From: Eledone cirrhosa | Lineage: Eukaryota | DNA: 64,000 nucleotides | Assembly (NCBI GenBank): GCA_964016885.1 | Contig: OZ024757.1 | Location: 17,298,001 to 17,362,000 of the forward strand | Direction: 5' to 3' | Part shown: positions 54,335-64,000 of the stretch, piece by piece | Layout: every line of letters begins with the position of its first letter | Numbering within the stretch: position 1 is the first letter of the stretch | Notes under the pieces: generated by a model | Database searches by the model: none | What the model saw: only the letters and a program-made list of their open reading frames with translations | What the model was told of the DNA's origin: nothing | Program-made: the position numbers and the translations under genes

Positions 54335-55205
54335 TAACCAAGAAAGCCAATTTGATGGGAACCCGGCCTCCATCGACCCCTTTCCATCGAGACGCCCCCC
54401 TCCATCGACCCCCTTCTCCACACCCCCCAACCAGTCCTCCACTCTAACCAACAAAGCCAGTTTGATGGGAACCCCGGCCTCTATCGACCCCCCCCCCCCT
54501 TCCATCGACCTCTCCCCTTCAATCGACCTCTCCCCTTCAATCGACCCCTCCCCTTCAATCGACCCCTTTCCATCGAGACCCCCCCCATCCATCGACCCCC
54601 TTCTCCACACCCCCCACCAGTCCTGCACTCTAACCAACAAAGCCAGTTTGATGGGAACCCCGGCCTCTATCGACCCCCCCCCCCCTTCCATCGACCTCTC
54701 CCCTTCAATCGACCTCTCCCCTTCAATCGACCCCTCCCCTTCAATCGACCCCTTTCCATCGAGACCCCCCCATCCATCGACCCCCTTCTCCACACCCCCC
54801 ACCAGTCCTGCACTCTAACCAACAAAGCCAGTTTGATGGGAACCCCGGCCTCTATCGACCCCCCCCTTCCATCGACCTCTCCCCTTCAATCGACCTCTCC
54901 CCTTCAATCGACCCCTCCCCTTCAATCGACCCCCTTTCCATCGAGACCCCCCCCCTCTCCACCGACCCCCTTCTCCACACCCCCCACCAGTCCTGCACTC
55001 TAACCAACAAAGCCAGTTTGATGGGAACCCCGGCCTCTATCGACCCCCCCCCCCCCTTCCATCGACCTCTCCCCTTCAATCGACCTCTCCCCTTCAATCG
55101 ACCCCTCCCCTTCAATCGACCCCTTTCCATCGAGACCCCCCCCCCTCCATCGACCCCCCCCCCCCCCCACCAGTCCTGCACTCTAACCAACAAAGCCAGT
55201 TTGCT
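54335..55205. repeat. ~185-bp C-rich minisatellite (about 5 copies) with 18-bp TCGACC(T/C)CTCCCCTTCAA subrepeats
   Basis: CTCTAACCAACAAAGCCAGTTTG at about 54442, 54628, 54813, 54998 and 55181. Confidence 0.9.
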
Positions 55206-55579
55206 GGGAACAATCCCTCAATTGTCTGTGAATATATCCAATGTTCATGTGAAGTTAACTTATTGTTTTACTGAATCTATTGTGGTGTTGTGGTGGTGGT
55301 GTTGTTGTTGTGGTGGTGGTGGTGTGGTGGTAGTGGTGGTAGTGGTATTGATGGTGGTGGTGGTAGTGGTATTGTAGTGGTATTGATGGTGGTGGTGGTG
55401 GTGGTAGTGGTGGTAGTGGTATTGATGGTGGTGGTGGTGGTGGTGGTATTGATGGTGATGTGGGGTGGTGTTATAGTGATGGCGGTAGTATCGGTGTGGT
55501 GTTGATGGTGTAGTGTTGATGGTGATATAGTTGTTGGTTATGTTAAGATAGTATATAAAAGTAGTTGACTTTCAATTTT

Positions 55580-55850
55580 TTACATTCTGAGTTCAAATCT
55601 GGCTGAGATCAGAATTGCCTTTCATTTATTTTAATTCAGATAGTACCAGTAAAATACTGGGGTCAGAATAATTGACTTTCTCCTCCCCACATATTGCTGG
55701 TCTTGATCAATATTAGAAAGTATTATTAAGATGAGTTCAAATCCTGCCAAGGTTAACTTTGCCTTTCATCCTTACGGGGTCGATAAAATAAAGTACCAGT
55801 AATACACTGGGGTAATTGATGGCCTTGTGCCAAAAATAGAAACAATTATT
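55580..55850 (+). mobile_element. Two tandem 5'-truncated SINE A copies
   Basis: Two GAGTTCAAATC B-boxes with body and tail. TATTAAGATG is duplicated around the second copy. Confidence 0.75.
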
Positions 55851-56179
55851 AAGATGTTATCTGTAATATAACTTAACAAAAAGTTATATCAAATTATGTT
55901 GAAAAATTTTAATCTAAATAGAAACCCTTCAAAGTGGGTAGTTTTGTTGCATAGAACCAGGGCTGGCTTTGGCAATGTTCGTATCAAAAGGGTTCATGAA
56001 GAATTTTGAAGAATTTACAAAAATTATAAATTATTTTATTGTCTAAAATAGTAACTTAACACATGATTCTTATATAAAATTATGCTGGAAGATTTTAATT
56101 TCAATACGAATCCTTTAAAGTGGGTAGTTTTGTTTCATAGAACCAGAGCTGGTTTTGATTGGGTTTGTAATGAAAGCAT

Positions 56180-56401
56180 TAACCCTTTAAACTGGCTCTA
56201 TCCAGCCAGAATTCTCTCACCTCTTTCTGTTCAAACTGGCTGTAACTGGCCACTCATACTGATGTTAAGGTATTGTTCTCAAAATAAATAATATCAAAAT
56301 CTCATATTATTCGATATTATATGAGATAATTATGTGAGATAAAGCCTTTACCATGTAAATACAATAGTAAATACAGAGTAATGTAAATGCTAAAAGGTTA
56401 A
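56180..56401. mobile_element. piggyBac-like MITE, reverse orientation
   Basis: TTAACCCTTT...TAAATGCTAAAAGGTTAA; interior is the reverse complement of 58026-58246. Confidence 0.75.
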
Positions 56402-56659
56402 ACAAATTCAATTAATTAAAAATTTGGAGGGCAATTTACTAAATTTATTAATTATTTTATTACTTATGGTTCCCATATAAAATTTTGTTGAAAGATTTAA
56501 ATTTTAATAAGAACCCTTTAAAGTTTTGGTGTATAACACACTGGAGAAGCCAGGAAAATCTTGGCATTTTACAAATTGTGGAATACACAGAATTTTCAGA
56601 AAAGATTAAACAACATATATATAATATCAATAACACTTTATTAAGATATCTTATTACAT

Positions 56660-57407
56660 AACATTGTATAAGATAAGGTACATAATATTGTATAAGATAA
56701 GGTACAATTGAAGTCACAAGGTACATAATATTGTATAAAATAAGGTACAATTGAAGTCACAAGGTACATAATATTGTATAAGATAAGGTACAACTGAAGT
56801 CACAAGGTACATAATATTGTATAAGATAAGGTACTATTGAAGTTAAAAGGTACATAGTATTGTATAAGATAAGGTACTATTGAAGTTAAAAGGTACATAG
56901 TATTGTATAAGATAAGGTACTATTGAAGTTAAAAGGTACATAGTATTGTATAAGATAAGGTACTATTGAAGTTAAAAGGTACATAGTATTGTATAAGATA
57001 AGGTACTATTGAAGTTAAAAGGTACATAGTATTGTATAAGATAAGGTACTATTGAAGTTAAAAGATACATAGTATTGTTTAAGGTAAGGTACTATTGAAG
57101 TTAAAAGGTACATAGTATTGTATAAGATAAGGTACTATTGAAGTTACAAGGTCCCTAAAATTGTATTAAGAAAAGGTACTATTGAAGTTAAAAGGTACAA
57201 TTGAAGTCACAAGGTCCCTCATATTGTATAAGATGAGGTAAAATTGAAGTTAAAAGGTACATAATATTGTATGAGATAAGGTACTATTGAAGGTAAAAGG
57301 TACAATTGAAGCCACAAGGTCCCTAATATTGTATAAGATGAGGTACTATCGAACTCACAAGGTCCCTAATATTGTATAAGATAAGGTACTATTGAAGTTA
57401 AAAGGTC
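56660..57407. repeat. 43-bp minisatellite
   Basis: Unit AGGTACATAGTATTGTATAAGATAAGGTACTATTGAAGTTAAA (56848, 56891, ...). Confidence 0.92.
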
Positions 57408-58025
57408 CTCAGTGTTGGTTGATTCTTGAAACAGTTTCCTGTCTTCTGTTGGCTGTTTTTCTTGAGAACAGGTCTGAAAACATGGTGGAAATATTTAGTT
57501 CTGGTGTATACTGCGCACCCTCTAAATCAAACAAGGAAACAAGTGAAAAAACCGCGTGATGACCACGGAAGAATATGGTACTTTTAATAGGAATCCTTTA
57601 AAGTGGGTGGGTTTATTTCATAGAACCTGGTTTGGGGAGTGTTAGCATCAAAATGGTTCTATGAAAAAAAAAAAAACCCAAAACAAGCAAATCTAATATT
57701 GTCCCCATTGACCTTTATCAAGACTGACACTCCAATAATGATAATTAGGCTAAGCAGCATTAATTAATGAGCTGGTAATTAGGTCAGGCCTAATTGTCAA
57801 AATGTTTCCAAAGTTTCACCATTTGTTACGTGGCCTTTTCCTGGAATTTTTGTATTTAGAAAAAAGAAAACAGATTACTTTATACTTTTTTACTGGCTTT
57901 AGTCGCCATGAACATGCTGGGGCATCACCCTTTTAGGGGAAGGGATGTAATTATGGGGTGGTGGGGTAGTAGGAAAGGCAAGGGATTCACACCTGATATA
58001 AAAGGAGCATCACCAAGCATTTTAA

Positions 58026-58246
58026 CCCTTTAGCATTTACATTACTGTATATATACTATTGTATTTTTGAGGTAAAAGCTTTATCTCAGATAATTATCTC
58101 ACATAATATTGAATCTACAAGATTTTGATATTATTTATTTTGAGAACAATGCCTTAACATCAGTATGAGTGGCCAGTTACAGCCGGTTTGAACAGTAAGA
58201 GGTGAGAAAATTCTGGCTGGATACGGCCAGTTTAAATGCTAAAGGG
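58026..58246. mobile_element. piggyBac-like MITE (221 bp)
   Basis: 14-bp TIRs CCCTTTAGCATTTA / TAAATGCTAAAGGG with TTAA on both sides. Five copies in the window. Confidence 0.88.
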
Positions 58247-58640
58247 TTAAGGCCATTTTACCCACTTAAGCAGGGGTCAGCTTTGTGGGCTATATGAAGC
58301 ACTTTATACTAATCATGGGGAGTCCCTTCCTCTCCCTGAGGCAAAGCTTTACAACCAGGTGCCCTTCGTGATACCAACCCTTTTAGTTGCTTCCAACACA
58401 CAGAGATGCACTGTACCTATTTCTAACCACAATACCACAGTAACTGGGTAGAAAGGAACGTATCAAAAATACCCAGTGAGTGTTTTTTAGTTTGACACTC
58501 CATATCTGCCACCCACTGCTGGTATATACATATATGTGGTAGCTACAGTATATTACAGACAAGGTGTTTATATCGGTCTGTACATGCATTTGAGGCTAAA
58601 AAATCTATTGATGTATTGTGTAGTACAGTATATGTATATA

Positions 58641-58807
58641 CAGGGCCTACGAGAGGGGTCGGATCCAGCCGGTACTTTATTCTGGAGCCCTAGAGCTAAG
58701 AAGGCCCCACAGTAACCATGCAATATCCATTTTGAGAAAAATCTTTGCCTGCTTCGGGCCCCAAAGGGATCTTGTGTTGCCTTGAAAATTTTCTCTTAGA
58801 AGCCCTG
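58641..58807. mobile_element. hAT-like MITE
   Basis: Imperfect TIRs CAGGGCCTACGAGAG / CTCTTAGAAGCCCTG, with 8-bp TGTATATA on both sides. Confidence 0.6.
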
Positions 58808-58841
58808 TGTATATATATATAGACAAGGTGTAACATTACTT

Positions 58842-59170
58842 GATAGGGTGCATAGCTCAGAGATCAGGGAGTCACCCCAGGTAGAGCTGCTACTTCTCCC
58901 CATAAAAAGATCACTGCTCCAATGCTACAAGCATGTGGTTAGAATATTTAAGAAAAGAATTTCTGGACAGATTTTGTGGGCAGACCCAGAGGTAGACCCC
59001 AAGCAAGATGGTTGGATAACATCCATAAGACCTGTTAGTCTCACTTGGGGATCCAGCTGGATCATTGGAACATTGTTGTTTCTGTCAGGCTCCTTTGAAA
59101 AGCATGTCTAAGGACTCCTCCACCATGGCTTTTCCTGGCATAAGTGGGAAAAGAAGTAGAAGAAGAAGAA
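58842..59170 (+). mobile_element. RTE-clade (Rex3/Expander-like) LINE 3' end, decayed
   Basis: DRVHSSEIRESPQVELLLLPIKRSLLQCYKHVVRI..., then in a shifted frame RPRGRPQARWLDNI; (AAG)n tail. Confidence 0.8.
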
Positions 59171-59370
59171 AACAATGTTTAATTAAAGGTTTGACTACAT
59201 AGATAGGTGGTTAAGCTGTACACAGTTCTAAATATAGGTGTGAAATTATATACATATATAAATCACTGATTTCACATAGTCAGGTAGACAGGTGGGTAGG
59301 ATGTACTCTATTCCAAATATAGGTGTGACATTATATATATATATATAAATATATATATATAAATATATAT

Positions 59371-59543
59371 ATAGGAACCAGTAAGACCCCGACAGCTGAG
59401 CTCAAGCCGTTTCGACGGCTAATTCTGGACCAGCTCAGCTGTCGGGGTCTTACTGGTTCCTATTACCCACTCTACTACCTCAAGTATTGAGTACTTTGGT
59501 GCGTTATGGTCCACCTGGTTCCTTACCACATTTCCTTCGTTAA
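59371..59543. mobile_element. TA-flanked asymmetric fold-back element, reverse-oriented sibling of 28500-28692
   Basis: Perfect 32-bp arms at 59371-59402 / 59432-59463. The extension 59464-59543 is the reverse complement of 28500-28580. Confidence 0.82.
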
Positions 59544-59566
59544 ATATATATATATATATATATATT

Positions 59567-60030
59567 CATTTCATTTTACGTCCGCTTTTTCCCTGCTTGC
59601 AAGGGTGGGACGGGAACTGATTCTGGCTTGATTTCTACAGCTGGATGCCCTTCCTAACACCAACCTCATTTACAGTGAGTGCTGGGTGCTTTTTTGCCGT
59701 GGCTTAGTGGTTAGAGCATTGGCCTTGCAATCAAAAGGTTGTGAGTTCAATTCTCAGACCGGGTGATGTGTTGTTTCCTTGAGCAAGACACTTTATTTCA
59801 CATTGCTCCAGTTTACTCAGCTGTAGAAATGAGATTATAGGGACTGGGGTCCATATCATTCCACTGCAAAGTGGTCGTGGAGGTGCCACGGCAAAAAAGC
59901 TCCCACCACTCACTGTAAATGAGGTTGGTGTTAGGAAGGGCATCCAGCTGTAGAAATCAAGCCAGAATCAGTTCCCGTCCCACCCTTGCAAGCAGGGAAA
60001 AGTGGACGTAAAATGAAATGATGATGATGA
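59567..60030. mobile_element. Full SINE B (59698-60030, +, one module) with an inverted copy of its own 3' part (59567-59703, -) fused at its 5' end
   Basis: 59567-59703 is the reverse complement of about 59885-60022. The junction is at the shared CGTGGC. Confidence 0.85.
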
Positions 60031-60046
60031 CATAGTGCATTGAAAA

Positions 60047-60136
<90 letters not shown>

Positions 60137-60387
60137 CCACACATATATAAACCAGTATCACACCCCTACCTATCCAAGTAGGTAAATCACAATCTGTATA
60201 AAACGTCTCAATGTCTCTATCTTACCATTCAGCAATGTTTCAGTACAGGTACAGGTGTGACAATGACTATCTCACATTCCATTTATTATATATTACCTTT
60301 GAAATGATATCACAAAGTTAAACCCATCCCTCACTACCTCCTCTCACTTCCCCTCTTTATCTCCCTGCCTCACAAACCTCTCGTACT

Positions 60388-60677
60388 ACCTACACTGCCA
60401 CTTTACAAAGTGTACAGGGTGCACTTTATCATGGCACCTACACTACCACTTTACAGAGTGTACAGGGTGCACTTTATCATGGCACCTACACTACCACTTT
60501 ACAGAGTGTACAGGGTGCACTTTATCATGGCACCTACACTACCACTTTACAGATTGTACAGGGTGCACTTTATCATGGCACCTACACTACCACTTTACAG
60601 AGTGTACAGGGTGCACTTTATCATGGCACCTACACTACCATTTTACAGAGTGTACATGGTACCTACATTGCCACTTT
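60388..60677 (-). repeat. 48-bp minisatellite (about 6 copies), another variant of the SINE B module
   Basis: Unit CACTACCACTTTACAGAGTGTACAGGGTGCACTTTATCATGGCACCTA. Confidence 0.88.
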
Positions 60678-60679
60678 AA

Positions 60680-60993
60680 CCCTTTAGCATTTACATTACA
60701 TTTACTATTGTATTTTCATGGTAAAGGTTATACCTCCCATAATATTGAATCTGAGATTTTGGTATTATTTATATCCCGTCGAGGTTAACTTTGCCTTTCA
60801 TCCTTACGGGGTCGATAAAATAAAGTACCAGTAATACACTGGGATAATTGCTGGCCTTGTGCCAAAAGAAGAAACAATTATTTATTTTGAGAACAATACC
60901 TTAACATCAGTATGAGTGGCCAGTTACAGCTGGTTTGAATGGAAGAAGGTGAGAGAATTCTGACCGGATACAGCCGGTTTAAATGCTAAAGGG
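60680..60993. mobile_element. piggyBac-like MITE containing a nested 5'-truncated SINE A (about 60773-60881)
   Basis: Both TIRs and TTAA are intact. The SINE interrupts the interior at ATTATTT. Confidence 0.85.
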
Positions 60994-61003
60994 TTAAAGA
61001 AAC

Positions 61004-61197
61004 AATAATTGTTTCTACTTTTGGCACAAGGCCAGCAATTATCCCAGTGCATTACTGGTACTTTATTTTATCAACCCCGTAAGGATGGAAGGCAAAGTAT
61101 ACCTTGGCGGGATTTGAACTCAGACTGCAAAGGGCCGTAACTCTATGCTGCAAAGCATGGCGCCCGACCCTCTACCAATACTGCCAATTCATCACCC

Positions 61198-61229
<32 letters not shown>

Positions 61230-61518
61230 TGTTTCTACTTTAGGCACAAGGTCAGCAAGTACCCAGTGCATTACTGGTACTTTATTTTATCGACCCCGTA
61301 AGGATGAAAGGCAAAGTCAACCTCGGCAATAATAATTTCTTATATGGGCACAAGGCCATCAATTTTGGGGAAGGGGAAAGTAGATTAAATCGACCCCAGT
61401 GCGTGACTGGTACTTTATTTTATAGCAAAGTTATCCTCGGCAGGATTTGAACTCAGATCATAAAGGGCCGTAACTCTATGCTGCAAAGCATGGCGTCTGA
61501 TACTGCCAATCCACCGCC
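61004..61518 (-). mobile_element. Three tandem SINE A copies on the minus strand
   Basis: Tails AATAATTGTTTCTAC at about 61004 and 61224, and a third copy at 61332-61518. Confidence 0.82.
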
Positions 61519-61534
61519 TTTATATATGATATAA

Positions 61535-61738
61535 TGATTCTCTCACCCATCTTTCAACAAAATGCTGGGAAGAGAGCACTTCCCTCTCTACTCTGATTTT
61601 CCTTTTCAAATGAAATTTGAAAAAGTCAATCAGAGCATCACCGAAGAGGTAAGTGCTCGTCTTCAGCCCTTTCAAACGTGTCCACCATACTGCTAATCTC
61701 CCACCCTGGACCCGTAAGATATTTATCAACCTAAACAA
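61535..61738 (-). mobile_element. L1/Tx1-like ORF2 C-terminal fragment
   Basis: VWWTRLKGLKTSTYLFGDALIDFFKFHLKRKIRVEREVLSSQHFVERWV, paralogous to the 21-kb copies. Confidence 0.65.
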
Positions 61739-61924
61739 GATGACAGGTACACCTGACCTCGGTGGGATTTGTACTCAAGTGTGCAGATAACCGAAACAAC
61801 TACCACAAGGTATTATTGTATCTGATTCTCTAAAGACCCTCCTCACACACTGCCTGTGTCAATAATATAGATATACTATCATGTATCAATAACATTGATG
61901 GTTTGTCTTTACATGGCTGAATAA

Positions 61925-63142
61925 TGGTGGTGGTGGGGGTGGTGGTGGTAGTAGTGGTTAGTGGTGGTGGTGGTGATGGTAGTGGTTGGTGGTGGTGGTG
62001 GTGGTGGTGGTGGTGATGGTAGTGGTGATAGTAGTGGTTGGTGGTGGTGAAGGTGGTGGTGATAGTAGTGGTTGGTAGTGGTGGTGAAGGTGGTGATGGT
62101 AGTGTAGTGGTGATAGTAGTGGTTGGTGGTGGTGGTGTTGATGGTAGTGGTGATAGTAGTGGTGTTGATGGTAGTGGTGATAGTAGTGGTTGGTGGTGGT
62201 GGTGGTGATGGTAGTGGTGATAGTAGTGGTTGGTGGTGGTGGTGGTGGTGGTGATAGTAGTGGTTGGTGGTGGTGGTGAAGGTGGTGATGGTAGTGTAGT
62301 GGTGATAGTAGTGGTTGGTGGTGGTGGTGTTGATGGTAGTGGTGATAGTAGTGGTGGTGGTGGTGGTGGTTGATGGTGGTGGTAGTGGTTGATGGTAGTG
62401 GTGAGTGGTGGTGAAGGTGGTGATGGTAGTGGTGATAGTAGTGGGTGGTGGTGGTGGTGGTGGTGATGGTAGTGATGGTAGTGGTGATAGTAGTGGTTGG
62501 TGGTGGTGAAGGTGGTGGTGATAGTAGTGGTTGGTGGTGGTGGTGAAGGTGGTGATGGTAGTGTAGTGGTGATAGTAGTGGTTGGTGGTGGTGGTGGTGG
62601 TGGTGATGGTAGTGGTGATAGTAGTGGTTGGTGGTGGTGTTGAAGGTGGTGATGGTAGTGTAGTGGTGATAGTAGTGGGTGGTGGTGGTGGTGAAGGTGG
62701 TGATGGTAGTGTAGTGGTGGTGAAGGTGGTGATGGTAGTGTAGTGGTGATAGTAGTGGGTGGTGGTGGTGGTGAAGGTGGTGATGGTAGTGTAGTGGTGA
62801 TAGTAGTGGGTGGTGGTGGTGTTGAAGGTGGTGATGGTAGTGTAGTGGTTGGTGGTGAAGGTGGTGGTGGTGGTAGTGGTGATAGTAGTGGTTGGTGGTG
62901 GCGGTGGTGGCGGTTGATGGTGGTGGTAGTGGTGGTTGAGGGTGGTGGTGGTGGTGGTTGATGGTGGTGGTGGAGGTGGTGGTGGTGGTGATAGTAGTGG
63001 TTGGTGGTGGTGAAGGTGGTGATGGTAGTGGTGATGTGGGATGGTGAATGTGGTGGTGGTGGTGGTTGATGATGGTGGTGGTTGATGGTGGGGGTAGCAG
63101 TAGTAGTAATGGTGATGGTGGTGGTAGTAGTAGTAGTAGTAG
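61925..63142. repeat. (GGT/AGT/GAT)n compound trinucleotide tract
   Basis: Direct reading. Confidence 0.93.
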
Positions 63143-63717
63143 TTCTGGTTGTTTTTGTAGTGTTATCCTCTCATCACATTGAATTTTAACTCCTCCTTCC
63201 ACTACTCTTTCTCTCCTCCTCCTCTCGCTCCCCCTTCTAACCTCCCCCTCTCTCTGATGTTTTATTGATTTTTCTCCTCCTCCCCTTCCTCCCTTTGCTG
63301 CATTTTACACTAACTGTCATGTGAGAAAAACGTACTGCATGTATGTGTGTATATGTATATGTGTATATATCTCTGTGTATGTGTGTATGTATATCTCTGT
63401 ATCTGTGTATGTTTGTATGTATGTGTGTGTGTAACTGTGTGTGTGTGTGTGTGTGTATGTATGTTTGTGTGTATGTATGTATGTTTATGTGTATGTATGT
63501 TTGTGTGTATGTATGTCTGTGTATGTACGTACGCATCTGTGTATAATTGTGTGTATGTTTATATATGTGTATATATAAGTATATATGAGTCTATAAGACT
63601 GAGTATATATGAGTGTGCATGTGTATGTATTTATGTGTGTGCATATGTCATACACAGAACTGTTGGTCGTGGTGGTGAAGGTGGTGATGGTTGCCAAGCT
63701 AACCCCTCTCTCTCTCT

Positions 63718-63725
63718 ATATATAT

Positions 63726-63795
<70 letters not shown>

Positions 63796-63796
63796 G

Positions 63797-63831
<35 letters not shown>

Positions 63832-64000
63832 GTATATATGTATATATATATATATGTATATATATATATGTCTATATATATGTATATATATATATATGTA
63901 TATATATATATGTATATATATATGTATATATATATATGTCTATATATATGTATATATATATATATGTATATATATATATGTATATGTATATATATATATG
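63718..64000. repeat. (TA)n tract running to the window end
   Basis: Direct reading. Confidence 0.95.

Overview
Repeat-dense animal genomic DNA. The SINE types, very long (TA)n/(CA)n tracts and Penelope-like debris suggest a coleoid cephalopod such as octopus; this is an inference. One host gene is supported: a 705-codon first coding exon (7697-9811, +) of a phostensin/taperin-family protein with a candidate promoter at about 7.1-7.3 kb. I see no downstream exon, so the rest of the window appears intronic. The remainder is: a 6.5-kb 49-bp satellite that is an internal module of a local tRNA-derived SINE; a 3.6-kb 52-bp satellite; many smaller minisatellites; two tRNA-derived SINE families; piggyBac-like and hAT-like MITEs; RTE and Tx1/L1 LINE 3' fragments; and a Penelope-like reverse transcriptase fragment. 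The most interesting signal is a set of short non-coding fold-back (palindromic) elements sitting in or beside (TA)n tracts with their 3' ends pointing outward (14.4, 16.5, 18.8, 28.5 and 59.4 kb). The 14.4-kb element and its unfolded 19.3-kb relative carry intact minimal type I hammerhead ribozyme cores, and several others carry partial or degenerate cores. This looks like a (TA)n-targeted, ribozyme-bearing, non-autonomous Penelope-like system. Nearly all ORFs in the supplied track are repeat artefacts. All motif calls were made by eye; no database searches were run.
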